The notes: generated by a model from the letters alone, not told the origin. 64,000 nucleotides of DNA from Anaerolineaceae bacterium (GCA_016841365.1 JAENZI010000001.1:379639-443638); one strand, 5' to 3'. Shown: positions 9,115 through 18,945, numbered from the stretch's first letter. Program-made: numbers and translations.

Positions 9115-10221
9115 ATGTCAGAGCGGACACCAAGAATTGCAATTATTGGTTTGGGTTTTTTGATGCGTTACATGAAACCCTGTTTTGAGGCATTAACCAG
9201 AAATGCTTACGCTACCAATGTTGTCGCGACCACTGCTACTGAAGCATCTATCTCAGCCAAGCAGGCGGAAATGGGGATTCGCATCTACCATCATCATGAA
9301 TTGGGGGTCCTCAAGGCTTTCAAACCTGACATTATCATGTTTGCGCCGCCGCCTTCTGCAGTAGCGAATCTGACGCGCGATGTGCTTGTGCCTTACTATC
9401 GCGAAATAAAAGAAGGAAATAAGCCTCTGCCAGATCTGTATGCTTTTGCACCAGATCCGCGTGTGGAATATTATCAGACCCAATTGGGCAATGACGGCTT
9501 TTATGTCAATATATTGCCTAATATGACCTTTGATCCATCTGGTGACGCGCCGGCATGCTATTCGGTGGTCACTTATCCGGATTACCAGGCACACAATGTG
9601 GAAAAAATTGCGCGTGTTGAAGCATTTCTGTCACCGTTGGGGTCTGTCCTAAACATGCCATCAGAGTGGATCACGCCCTTCATCGGTGGGTATGTGGTCT
9701 GTCATTTGGTCCTGAATTTTGCTTTTGCCTGTTATGACGCGTTGAACACATCGGGATACCTGGTATCAATGGAACAGATTGCAGATGTGTTTCAGGATTC
9801 TTTATCGAATGATAATATTTCTTTCGATAGCAATAATGAGGGCAGTGCTGAAACCGTTTGCCGGTTCGTCCTGAAAAGTTTTCAAAACGGATTAATTAGT
9901 TATTATGCTCAATCCGGCATATCAGAAGGATTTGCACGGAACGCGATCACGGTCCAATTGAACGCGTTCATTGAACGTTTACGGTCTGAAACGCGGGAGA
10001 ATTTAATCAGGGACAGTCAGAATCATGCTACAAAGGGTGGTCTGCTTGAAAACGCCGAAAGATATTTCCATGACAATATTCACGCAAACCTTCTTGACCG
10101 TTTATCTTCCCCGGAAGGCGATCTTGAGACGTTATCCGAAAAAATTTCGCAGTTTGCCTATGATGCTGCAGCCTTTATTTCTGCATTTAGCGATGGATAT
10201 TCTGGGATCACCGGGAATTAA
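9115..10221 (+). CDS. Divergent pyrroline-5-carboxylate reductase (ProC)-like NAD(P)-dependent oxidoreductase
   Basis: Rossmann IAIIGLGFL; DIIMFAPPP (ProC VLAVKP); VNILPNM (ProC VRxMPN); LSPLGSV; ATKGG (ProC TSPGG). Longer than typical ProC. Confidence 0.65.
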   Translation: MSERTPRIAIIGLGFLMRYMKPCFEALTRNAYATNVVATTATEASISAKQAEMGIRIYHHHELGVLKAFKPDIIMFAPPPSAVANLTRDVLVPYYREIKEGNKPLPDLYAFAPDPRVEYYQTQLGNDGFYVNILPNMTFDPSGDAPACYSVVTYPDYQAHNVEKIARVEAFLSPLGSVLNMPSEWITPFIGGYVVCHLVLNFAFACYDALNTSGYLVSMEQIADVFQDSLSNDNISFDSNNEGSAETVCRFVLKSFQNGLISYYAQSGISEGFARNAITVQLNAFIERLRSETRENLIRDSQNHATKGGLLENAERYFHDNIHANLLDRLSSPEGDLETLSEKISQFAYDAAAFISAFSDGYSGITGN

Positions 10222-10255
10222 TGCAGGTTTTCTAACTCAATAATTATTAAACAAA

Positions 10256-10301
10256 GCACCCCTGGAAAATTTCGGATAAGAGGAATGAAATCCAGGGGTG
10301 C
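10256..10301. terminator. Inverted repeat at the junction of the two convergent operons
   Basis: gcacccctgga (10256-10266) ... tccaggggtgc (10291-10301). Confidence 0.55.
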
Positions 10302-10360
10302 AGAAGTTTGTAAATTGGTAATTTTCGAAATTAATAAACGCTTGTCGTTACTGAATTACC

Positions 10361-10999
10361 TTATTCATTTTCTAAAACAAATTCAGCGAAAGAAGTCAGC
10401 ATCAGTTTGGCGACGGCTGCGCCGGGGTCAACTAATTTTCGGGAAGCTTCGCCGCGTGCAGCAGCACGGCCGTGTTTGGCGATCATGGTTGTTGTTTTTT
10501 CGAGGTCTTTATCGGCGGCGGCGATGATCATTGGTGCACTTTCTTTCAGGCTTCTGCCGGTTTCAGCACCTTCTTTTAGGATTTCTAAAGACCCGATCAT
10601 CCCATCCAGGAATGTTTTCTCGCCAAGCTCAGCGTGGCCAAGGTTCTTCACCCCATCGAAATAAGCTTCAAAGAATTCAGCAATACCTTGCTCATCAAGC
10701 TTGTCTGTGCCTCGTAAAGCCTTCCCTGCGGACATAAACCCTTGTGACATTAATGTTCCCATAGACGAGGGAACGGCGCGAGACATCGCCTTGCCGGAAA
10801 AGTAGGATAGCTTGCCGATGTCCGTTTCATCAAGATCCTCGACAGCGTGAACGGCAGCGGCAAAACCTTCACTCATTGTAAGGCCTAAATCAGCATCTCC
10901 AACGATGCTGTCAAGACCAATTAGGTAATCTTTATGCTGCAGCATGACTTCTGCCCAAGCGTTGAGCAACTGTTTGAATTCGAGATGTGTGATGATCAT
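10361..10999 (-). CDS. dhaL: Dihydroxyacetone kinase family subunit L (copy 1)
   Basis: LDSIVGDADLG, SSMGTL, EKTFLDG and GRA motifs. Confidence 0.9.
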   Translation of the reverse strand: MIITHLEFKQLLNAWAEVMLQHKDYLIGLDSIVGDADLGLTMSEGFAAAVHAVEDLDETDIGKLSYFSGKAMSRAVPSSMGTLMSQGFMSAGKALRGTDKLDEQGIAEFFEAYFDGVKNLGHAELGEKTFLDGMIGSLEILKEGAETGRSLKESAPMIIAAADKDLEKTTTMIAKHGRAAARGEASRKLVDPGAAVAKLMLTSFAEFVLENE

Positions 11000-11022
11000 G
11001 TCTAAAACCCTCCTGTTTATTT

Positions 11023-12030
11023 CTACATTTGTGTGAAGAATGGTGTGTCTGCCGGGTCGGCAATCATTTCTCTTAATTCGTCATCAAGTTTGAGTAGCGA
11101 AATGGAGGCACCAGCCATCTCCATTGATGAGGCGAATTCGCCAACATATGCTTTGAAGACATCAATCTTTTTCTCTTCAAGAATGTGAGCAACGCAGCGA
11201 TACATCACATATAGTTCTTCGAGTGGGGTGGCACCTAATCCATTGATCAGAACAGCGACTTCATCACCAGATTGGAATGGCAGATCGTTGAGGATCTGTT
11301 CCATCATTTCATTGACAATTTCATCTGCGGGTTGCAGCTTTCCGGTTCGCATGCCGGGTTCGCCGTGGATGCCCATCCCAATTTCCATTTCATCTTCTTT
11401 GATCTGGAAACTTGGCCGGCCGACTTTGGGGACAATACACGGGGTGAGGGCAACACCCAGGGTGCGCACATTGGCATTTGCTTTTTCAGCCACGCGCTTC
11501 ACCTCATCCAGGTCCATCATCCTTTTTGCTGCTGCACCGGCACATTTGTAAACGAAGAACATCCCGGCAACACCTCTACGGGTGCTTTTTTCGCCTGGCT
11601 GGGGTGCTGGGGAGGCAACGTCATCGGCCAAGATCACGGTCTCGACCCGGATGTCTTCCTCAAAATCAGCCATTTCCGCAGCCATGTCGAAATTGAAGAT
11701 GTCGCCGTTGTAATTGCCATAGATATAAAGGACGCCAGCACCTGAATCGATTGCTTTGGTGACCTCAAACATTTGCTCTGCACTGGGTGATTGGAACACA
11801 TCACCAACAGAGCAGCCATCCAGCAAGCCGTCGCCTACATAGCCGAGGAACAATGGTAAATGGCCTGATCCTCCGCCAGTTGCCAGGCCGACTTTATTTT
11901 CGATTTTATTTTTGGTTACATAACAGTGGTAATCGTCATTGACAAATTCCACCATGTCCTTATGGGCAAGGTAGATACCTTCAAGCATTTCATTCACCAT
12001 CGCTTCGGGTTTATTTATGATTTTTTTCAT
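11023..12030 (-). CDS. dhaK: Dihydroxyacetone kinase family subunit K (copy 1)
   Basis: GGGSGHLP, NYNGD, DDVAS, RRGVAG and GMGIHGEPG (catalytic His) motifs. Confidence 0.92.
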   Translation of the reverse strand: MKKIINKPEAMVNEMLEGIYLAHKDMVEFVNDDYHCYVTKNKIENKVGLATGGGSGHLPLFLGYVGDGLLDGCSVGDVFQSPSAEQMFEVTKAIDSGAGVLYIYGNYNGDIFNFDMAAEMADFEEDIRVETVILADDVASPAPQPGEKSTRRGVAGMFFVYKCAGAAAKRMMDLDEVKRVAEKANANVRTLGVALTPCIVPKVGRPSFQIKEDEMEIGMGIHGEPGMRTGKLQPADEIVNEMMEQILNDLPFQSGDEVAVLINGLGATPLEELYVMYRCVAHILEEKKIDVFKAYVGEFASSMEMAGASISLLKLDDELREMIADPADTPFFTQM

Positions 12031-12193
12031 ATCTCCTCTTTTCTCAAAGATCCTGAGTTGATTGGGTTTTAAAAGCCATCTATTTTTTAACTATTATTAC
12101 CAGTAGCTAGATCGGGTTAATGAATATTTTATTTCTTACTGCCGTTAAATAAATTCTTTTGTTGTTGTTTATTAATAAATAAGTGCTTTAGCA

Positions 12194-12227
12194 AGAAAGG
12201 GCCCTAACCTAAGCCAAGGCCCTTTCT
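12194..12227 (-). terminator. Hairpin downstream of the solute-binding protein gene
   Basis: agaaagggcc...ggccctttct stem. The U-tract is weak, so it may be an mRNA-stabilising element. Confidence 0.45.
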
Positions 12228-12266
12228 CCATTCTTACATCATAAAATTTTTTACTGCTGAACGGCT

Positions 12267-13478
12267 TTAATTTTCCAGGGCGTTCAGGTTGACAAATTGA
12301 CCGTCAATGACCTGAATTGGCTGAAGTTGTCGAACTGCATCGCCAAGCTCGTTCATGGAATAGGTGCCTGCCAGGCATTCATAATCTTCCATGCCGGCGA
12401 GGGTGTCGCGGAGTGTTTGGCTATCGGTTGTACCAGCCTGTTCAATGGCTGTGGCAAGCTGCATCACGACATCGTAGGTCTGCATGACGAAGGCATCACC
12501 CTTCTTGCCGGTGCGCTCTTCATAGGCTGCCATAACTTCCTGGAAGCGTTCGGTTGCAATGTCGGGTGAGAAGGCATTCATCAGGAAAGCGCCATTGGCC
12601 AGTTCACCAGCTACATCGATCAGTTCCTGTTTGAGGGTTGAGCTGGAGAGGATCATTGGTACATCGAAGTCAAGGCCATCTGCCTGGATCAGGATGTTGG
12701 CTGAATCAGCATAGTATCCGATGGGGAAGAAGGCTTCAGGATTGGCTTCTTTGGCTTTTGAAATCATAGGTGTGAAGTCTGTGGTCTGGTTAGGAATGTA
12801 ATTTTCTGAGACCAAAACTTCGCCGCCCAATTCCTCAAATTTCTCAGTGAAGATTTTTGAGATGTTGTTGCCCCAGTCATCGTTCACATTCAGCAGAGCG
12901 ACGGTGCGGATGCCCATTTCATTGTAAACATATTCGGCATAGCCGGTGGTTTCAATTGCCTGGGTGGGGGTGTTGCGGAACAAGAAATCACCCATGGCTG
13001 AATAGTCAGCGTGTGATGCTGTGGGTGAATAGTTGACCATCTTGGCTTCCTGATAGAGGGGGGCGGCAGCCATGGTGCAGGTTGAGGAGAAGCCGCCGAT
13101 TGCCGCTGTGAATTTTCCGTCGCCAATGATCTTGTTCGCGATGATGACGGTTTCGCTGGCGTCGTTCTTGTCGTCGAAGAATTCAACGATCAGCTCACGA
13201 CCGCCCAATAAACCGCCCATTTCGCCATTGATTTTTTCGAGGGCGAGTTCAACAGCAACTTTTTCAGTATCGCCATATTGCTTTGCGTCACCGGTCAGGG
13301 GACCGTACCAGGCAAAGTAAATGGGTTCCATCGATGCTTCTTCTGTTTCTTCTTCCACAGGTTCCTGTTCTTCGACTACTTCAGGTTCTGTGGGTTCTTC
13401 GGCTTGTTGACAACCAGCCAGAAGTGCAAATATGGAAACGGCGATTAACAATACGGGTATTAATTTGCGAATCTTCAT
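12267..13478 (-). CDS. LIV-type (branched-chain amino acid family) ABC transporter substrate-binding lipoprotein
   Basis: Lipobox LLAGC, acidic linker, GPLTGDAKQYG, DDKND, GGFSST and SPTAS motifs of the LivJ/K fold. Confidence 0.88.
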   Translation of the reverse strand: MKIRKLIPVLLIAVSIFALLAGCQQAEEPTEPEVVEEQEPVEEETEEASMEPIYFAWYGPLTGDAKQYGDTEKVAVELALEKINGEMGGLLGGRELIVEFFDDKNDASETVIIANKIIGDGKFTAAIGGFSSTCTMAAAPLYQEAKMVNYSPTASHADYSAMGDFLFRNTPTQAIETTGYAEYVYNEMGIRTVALLNVNDDWGNNISKIFTEKFEELGGEVLVSENYIPNQTTDFTPMISKAKEANPEAFFPIGYYADSANILIQADGLDFDVPMILSSSTLKQELIDVAGELANGAFLMNAFSPDIATERFQEVMAAYEERTGKKGDAFVMQTYDVVMQLATAIEQAGTTDSQTLRDTLAGMEDYECLAGTYSMNELGDAVRQLQPIQVIDGQFVNLNALEN

Positions 13479-13636
13479 TTTCTCTAAACTCCTTAAAGTT
13501 TGTTATGGTTATTGACTCGGTAAAAATTGTCGGGCATTTGAATTATCCTTTCGATACTCTACTCCTTTCAGCAAATTTGGTTTTTATCTCCTGTATTTCT
13601 TTTAGTCAACCTCAGAATCGTGATGAGGAGACCTGG

Positions 13637-14263
13637 TTAGACAAGTGATTTAGCGATGATGGCGCACAGCATTGCGCCTGCGTCCGGGTATTCTGCAGCG
13701 CGTTTGCCCAGCCATTTTGCACGACCGATTCTGGCTTGCATGCCACGGGTTGCCTCTGCTGCTTCTTCAGCTGCAACAGCACCAGCCTTGAAGCTTTGGT
13801 AGAGGTCATTTGATTCTGCATAGGTCTCTTCAACGGCGTTGGCCATTGGGACCAGCGCATCCAGAATCGTTTTATCACCCAATTCTGCCTTCCCACGAGA
13901 AACAATCCCTTCAGTGAATGTTTTAGGCAGTGTGATAAGCTCTTGCTCTTCGATTGATGTTTTGGATTTGAGTAACTTTGCGATTGATAGGATTCCGCTG
14001 GAGATCAGCGTTCCCATTGTGGATGGGGCGGCACGGTTGCACGCCATTGAAGCTTTGAGCATCATCGCGCCCAGGTCGTCGCCATCATATTCCTGGCAGC
14101 TTGTATTAATTGCAGCAAATGCGGCTTCCATGCTTATGCCAAGATCGCCATCACCCGATTTACTATCCAAATCGCTGAGTGTGTCTTTGTTTTGGATGAC
14201 CGTGTTTGAAATCTCTGTAATTAAGGTTTTTACATCATCAATCGAATTCATCATAACTCTCAT
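13637..14263 (-). CDS. dhaL: Dihydroxyacetone kinase family subunit L (copy 2)
   Basis: LDSKSGDGDLG, STMGTL, DKTILDAL, GRA and PDAGA motifs. Confidence 0.9.
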   Translation of the reverse strand: MRVMMNSIDDVKTLITEISNTVIQNKDTLSDLDSKSGDGDLGISMEAAFAAINTSCQEYDGDDLGAMMLKASMACNRAAPSTMGTLISSGILSIAKLLKSKTSIEEQELITLPKTFTEGIVSRGKAELGDKTILDALVPMANAVEETYAESNDLYQSFKAGAVAAEEAAEATRGMQARIGRAKWLGKRAAEYPDAGAMLCAIIAKSLV

Positions 14264-14282
14264 TATTAACTTGATTGCTTGG

Positions 14283-15281
14283 TTAGAACTTCACAAAAGG
14301 CGTTTCTGCGGGGGTATCCAGCAGTGCCTTTAATTCCTCATCCAAAACCAATAAGCTGATCGAAGCACCCTGCATTTCCATCGATGTGGCGAATTCACCC
14401 ACATAGGTCTTTGAGATTTTGATATCGCGCTTATCCAGCTCTTGTTTAGCGTCATTGAAGAGGATGTAAAGTTCTTCACGGGAGGTCGCTCCCAGGCCAT
14501 TGACGAGGATTGCTATTTCAGCCCCTGGTTTGATGTCCAGGTCGCTGATCAGCCGTTCAACAATCATATTAGCGATTTCTGCGGAGGTCTTCAGGGTGGA
14601 GCGTTCTACGCCAGGTTCGCCATGGATGCCCATGCCCAATTCCATATCGTAATCGCTGATTTCGAAGATGGGTTTCTTTGCTCCGGGCAACTGGCATGAA
14701 GATAGTGCGATGCCCATGGTGACCGTGTTTTCACCAACTTTCTTAGTGACGTCAACGACCTCATTGAGGGAGGCACCTGTCCGTGCCTTTGCGCCTGCAA
14801 CCTTGTAGGCGAAGAAAAGACCTGCAACGCCTCGCCGGGTTTCCCATTCGTCTCTGGGTGCTGAGGCTACGTCATCCGATCCTTTTACGATCGCGGAAGG
14901 GATATCATCCATGGCTAAAATTTCACCAGCCATCTCGAAGTTCATTGTGTCACCGGTGTAGTTGCCGAACAGGAAGAGCACACCTTTACCGCCATGGGTT
15001 GCCTGGGCAGCGTTGACGATCGTTTCCGAACTTGGTGATGTAAACACATTGCCTGCTGCAACGCCATCACAAAATCCTTCGCCGACAAAGCCCAAAAAGG
15101 TGGGGAGGTGGCCGTAACCTCCGCCTGTGATGATGGCAACTTTATCTTTAACCGGGGCGGCAGCACGCACCACAGCGCGAATATCGTCACCGGCAAATTT
15201 GAGCATTTCTGGATGTGCAGCAACAATGCCTTTCAGGCTGTCATCGACGAATTGTGCAGGATTATTCATAATCTTTTTCAT
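14283..15281 (-). CDS. dhaK: Dihydroxyacetone kinase family subunit K (copy 2)
   Basis: GGGYGHLP, NYTGD, DDVAS, RRGVAG and GMGIHGEPG motifs. Confidence 0.92.
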   Translation of the reverse strand: MKKIMNNPAQFVDDSLKGIVAAHPEMLKFAGDDIRAVVRAAAPVKDKVAIITGGGYGHLPTFLGFVGEGFCDGVAAGNVFTSPSSETIVNAAQATHGGKGVLFLFGNYTGDTMNFEMAGEILAMDDIPSAIVKGSDDVASAPRDEWETRRGVAGLFFAYKVAGAKARTGASLNEVVDVTKKVGENTVTMGIALSSCQLPGAKKPIFEISDYDMELGMGIHGEPGVERSTLKTSAEIANMIVERLISDLDIKPGAEIAILVNGLGATSREELYILFNDAKQELDKRDIKISKTYVGEFATSMEMQGASISLLVLDEELKALLDTPAETPFVKF

Positions 15282-15294
15282 AGGTTCACTCCTT

Positions 15295-15807
15295 CTATTC
15301 TGGTTCTTGCACTTTAACTTTATCGAACCTGAGTTGGCAGACCGAATGTCCTTGGGCTATTGTCTTGCCCAGCGTGAAATTGATGGCAGGGAAGCAATCG
15401 CCAATAGCCCGGTCGCCTTCCATGGTGATGTCACAAAGTTCTGCGATCTCATCTTCAGGGATGCCCATCTTCAGCCATTGTGCCACATAAGGGCAATAGT
15501 GGAAGTCAATGTAGAGTTTGTCCTCTGTGGAGGCAACCGTTTCCATCTCGTAAATATCCCAGTTGTGATCTTTGCCGAAATATTTGGCAAGCTCCTCAAT
15601 GTCTGTGGGATCTTCCAGCATATTGTAGAAATCTTTTCCCATAGGGATGCCATACCGGTAAATTGCTCGACGGGCAAAACCTTCATCGAGGCCAAGTTCT
15701 TCCGCTTCTTCAATCATTAAGGCAATCGTAGCAGCCCGGCGTTCGCTGATGTTCCTCAGTCCGTTAACGCATTCGTTTTCGATGGTGGGTTTGTTGGTGA
15801 TAGTCAT
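15295..15807 (-). CDS. L-2-amino-thiazoline-4-carboxylic acid (ATC) hydrolase family protein (paralog 2)
   Basis: FHYCP...LCDITMEGDR...FTLGKTIAQGHSVCQLRF three-Cys pattern. The family name does not establish the activity. Confidence 0.7.
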   Translation of the reverse strand: MTITNKPTIENECVNGLRNISERRAATIALMIEEAEELGLDEGFARRAIYRYGIPMGKDFYNMLEDPTDIEELAKYFGKDHNWDIYEMETVASTEDKLYIDFHYCPYVAQWLKMGIPEDEIAELCDITMEGDRAIGDCFPAINFTLGKTIAQGHSVCQLRFDKVKVQEPE

Positions 15808-15818
15808 GTTTTTTATTC

Positions 15819-16319
15819 CTATTTCTTATTAAAGCGAATTTGACAGACTGGGTGACCCTGAGCGATGGTTTCACCCAATGTAAATTTCACTGTGGGGAAT
15901 TGGCTGGCAATTCCTCGATCACCATCCATGGCGATATCGCAGAGTTGTTCGATGTCTTCATCTGACACGCCTAATTTTTGCCAGGCTTTGACTAGGGGGC
16001 AGTAGTGAAAATCTAAGTAATATTTCTCTTCATCTTCTGCAAGAACTTCCATCTCAAAGACTTTTCGGCCAGTGCCAACAGCGAAGACCTGTTCGAACTC
16101 TTCAAGGCTGGTCTCATCTTGCATGAGTGCTTTGAAGCGTTCTCCGTGGATGCAACCTGTCTGTTTGATTGCTTCGCGTGCAAAATCATCCCAATCCAAA
16201 CCACGTTTTCTTGCTTCTTCCATCAGGAAATACATCCACGTGGCGCGGTGTTCAATTGCGTTTCTGACTTCGACAACGATTTCCTCGTCAATGGTTGCTT
16301 CATTTGTGATTTTCGTCAT
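15819..16319 (-). CDS. ATC hydrolase family protein (paralog 1)
   Basis: FHYCP...LCDIAMDGDR...FTLGETIAQGHPVCQIRF. Start moved to the ATG at 16319 (SD gaaagga upstream). Confidence 0.7.
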   Translation of the reverse strand: MTKITNEATIDEEIVVEVRNAIEHRATWMYFLMEEARKRGLDWDDFAREAIKQTGCIHGERFKALMQDETSLEEFEQVFAVGTGRKVFEMEVLAEDEEKYYLDFHYCPLVKAWQKLGVSDEDIEQLCDIAMDGDRGIASQFPTVKFTLGETIAQGHPVCQIRFNKK

Positions 16320-16359
16320 ATCTTCTCTTCCTTTCGAATGGGTTATTTTATTGAGTTGA

Positions 16360-17073
16360 TTAATCAAGGTTGCCTAAATACGCGGCCACCACTTTTGGAT
16401 CTTTTGCAAGGTCTGACCCCTTGCCTGACAAGCGGATGATACCGGTTTCCAAAACATATCCTCTATCCGAGATATTGAGCGCCATACGGGCATTTTGCTC
16501 TACGAGCAGGATCGTTGTGCCAATCTGATTGATCCGTTTGATCAAATCAAATATTTCCCTGATCAGCAATGGCGCTAATCCAAGTGAGGGCTCATCCAAC
16601 ATCAATAACTTGGATTTTGACATCAGTGCCCTGGCGACAGCCAACATTTGCTGTTCACCACCCGAGAGGGTGCCTGCGATCTGACTCAATCGTTCTTTGA
16701 GCACCGGGAACAATTTGAACGATTCTTCCATGTTCTCTTTCATGACTTCTTTTGAGACGGTGTACGCGCCCATTTGCAGATTTTCAAGGACGGTCATCCG
16801 TGGGAAGATCAACCGGCCTTCAGGTGCGAGTGTGATCCCGTGTTTAACGATCGTGGAGGAGTCTTCATGAGATATGTCCTCACCCTGGTAGAGGATTTCG
16901 CCCATTTTTGGCCGCAAGAGACCCATGATCGTGTTCATGGTTGTGCTTTTGCCAGCGCCATTTGCACCAATCAGGGTGACAATCTCGCCTTCGTTCACTT
17001 CGAAATTGATCCCACGCAAGGCGTTGATCGAGCCATAGGAAACGTGCAAGTTTTTGACTTCAAGCAATGCCAT
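16360..17073 (-). CDS. livF: LIV-type ABC transporter ATPase
   Basis: GANGAGKST, LSGGEQQMLA and LDEPSLGLAP motifs. Confidence 0.92.
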   Translation of the reverse strand: MALLEVKNLHVSYGSINALRGINFEVNEGEIVTLIGANGAGKSTTMNTIMGLLRPKMGEILYQGEDISHEDSSTIVKHGITLAPEGRLIFPRMTVLENLQMGAYTVSKEVMKENMEESFKLFPVLKERLSQIAGTLSGGEQQMLAVARALMSKSKLLMLDEPSLGLAPLLIREIFDLIKRINQIGTTILLVEQNARMALNISDRGYVLETGIIRLSGKGSDLAKDPKVVAAYLGNLD

Positions 17074-17077
17074 GATG

Positions 17078-17845
17078 TTAGTGCTCCTTTCCCAGATATG
17101 CTTCGATCACATCAGGGTTCGATTGGATCTCAGAGGGTTTTCCCTGCGCAATCAATTTACCGTGATCCAGCACATAAATCCGGTCGCAGATATTCATAAT
17201 GACGCGCATATCATGTTCGATGATCAGGATGGTGTAACCCAAATCTCGCAATTCACGGATGAACGCGATCAACTGAGAGGTTTCCATCTCGTTCATGCCA
17301 GCGCCGGGCTCATCTAACAACAATATTTCAGGCTCCGCAGCGAGTGCACGTGCGATCTCCAATTTTCTCTGTGAACCGTAGGGGAGTGATGTTGCATAGT
17401 TATACCGAAAATCTGCCAATCCGGTTAATTCGAGCACAGAGAGGGCTTTTTCGTGAGCTTTTTTCTCGGTTTCTTTGTGGTTTTTTAGGCGGAATAATGA
17501 GTCAACAATATTGGCTTTGGTTCTTGAGTGAACTCCAACCATCACGTTTTCAATCACGGTCATCCTGTCAAATAAGCGGATGTTCTGGAATGTGCGCGTA
17601 ATCCCTAATTCGGTGACCTCATAGGGCTTTTTGCCGGTAATATCTTTGCCCCGGTAAAATACCTGGCCTTCTGTTGGGTCATACATGCCGGTAATATCAT
17701 TAAAGAAGGTCGTTTTTCCGGCACCGTTAGGACCAATGATGCCGACAATTTCACCCTTATTCAGTTCCATACTCACTTGATCAACTGCAACAAGGCCGCC
17801 GAAGTGCTGGCTGACGTTATTAGCCCAAAGAATTTTTTCAGCCAT
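17078..17845 (-). CDS. livG: LIV-type ABC transporter ATPase
   Basis: GPNGAGKTT, RTFQNIRLF and LLDEPGAG motifs. Confidence 0.92.
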   Translation of the reverse strand: MAEKILWANNVSQHFGGLVAVDQVSMELNKGEIVGIIGPNGAGKTTFFNDITGMYDPTEGQVFYRGKDITGKKPYEVTELGITRTFQNIRLFDRMTVIENVMVGVHSRTKANIVDSLFRLKNHKETEKKAHEKALSVLELTGLADFRYNYATSLPYGSQRKLEIARALAAEPEILLLDEPGAGMNEMETSQLIAFIRELRDLGYTILIIEHDMRVIMNICDRIYVLDHGKLIAQGKPSEIQSNPDVIEAYLGKEH

Positions 17846-18945
17846 CAGGACTCACTCCTTTCCTGTGATTTGCGGAACATTGCTTGCTGCTTGATGTGCT
17901 TGAGATTGAAACTGCCCAACAGTCCATTAGGTTGGAATACCATCATAATAACAAGTACGAACCCGTAGATGATCAAACGGTAATCTATCAAAAACCGGAG
18001 TAATTCTGGCAAGGCTAGCAGTGTTAGGGCACCAAAAATGCTCCCAGCGATGCTGGCCATCCCGCCAAAAATGGTGACGGAGAGGATCAGGATTGACTGG
18101 GCAAACGAAAAGGCATTTGGATCGATGAAGCTCATATAATGCGCATAAAATGCACCAGCCAAACCAGCAAATGCGGCCGAGATGCTGAATACCATCAGCT
18201 TATACCCAAAAACATTAATGCCCATTGCTTCTGCTGCCACTTCATCATCCCGGATAGCGCTGATCGCCCTGCCGACCCGTGAGTTCATGATCGCGGCCAC
18301 AGCCAGAACAACAAGTACCAGGATTACCAGGATCACGTAATATTTCTGGGCTGGTGTTTTCATTATCCAACCAAATAAGCTCACCTTGGGGATGCCGGAA
18401 ATCCCTTGTGGACCTCGTGTTAAGGACATCCAGTTGAGCTCTACCATTCTCGCAATCTCACCAAACCCGAGCGTGACAATTGCTAAGAAGCGTCCTTTGA
18501 TCCGGAGGGAGGGCAGCCCTAAAAGCAAACCAAATAAACCAGCCATGGCTGCCCCTGCGAGGAAGGTGATTGGGAAATTTGCTCCTAAGCGGGTTGAAAG
18601 AATGGCTGCTGTGTAAGCCCCAATCCCTAAAAATGCAGCGTGGCTTAAGGAGGTGATGCCCATAAAGCCTGTGATCAGATTAAGGGATACGGACAGAGTT
18701 GCGTACAGCATCACATTTACACCAATTGAGAGAAAGTATTGCTGATTGAACAATATCGGAAAAAGAATGGCAATTGCAAGAAAGGCCAAAGAAATTGCTG
18801 TTTGGTGTTTAGCCCAAAACTCCAGAAGCGAGGTGAAAAACCTTTTGACCGGTTTTTCTTTGCTCTTGATAGGGGCTTTGATGACTGCTTCGTCTAAATT
18901 TTGCTGTGAAGCTTTATCGATTGGATTTTGATTGTTCTCGACCAT
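17845..18945 (-). CDS. livM: LIV-type ABC transporter permease
   Basis: SLSHAAFLGIGAY, GRFLAIVTLGFGE and GINVFGYK motifs; multiple TM segments. Confidence 0.9.
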   Translation of the reverse strand: MVENNQNPIDKASQQNLDEAVIKAPIKSKEKPVKRFFTSLLEFWAKHQTAISLAFLAIAILFPILFNQQYFLSIGVNVMLYATLSVSLNLITGFMGITSLSHAAFLGIGAYTAAILSTRLGANFPITFLAGAAMAGLFGLLLGLPSLRIKGRFLAIVTLGFGEIARMVELNWMSLTRGPQGISGIPKVSLFGWIMKTPAQKYYVILVILVLVVLAVAAIMNSRVGRAISAIRDDEVAAEAMGINVFGYKLMVFSISAAFAGLAGAFYAHYMSFIDPNAFSFAQSILILSVTIFGGMASIAGSIFGALTLLALPELLRFLIDYRLIIYGFVLVIMMVFQPNGLLGSFNLKHIKQQAMFRKSQERSES

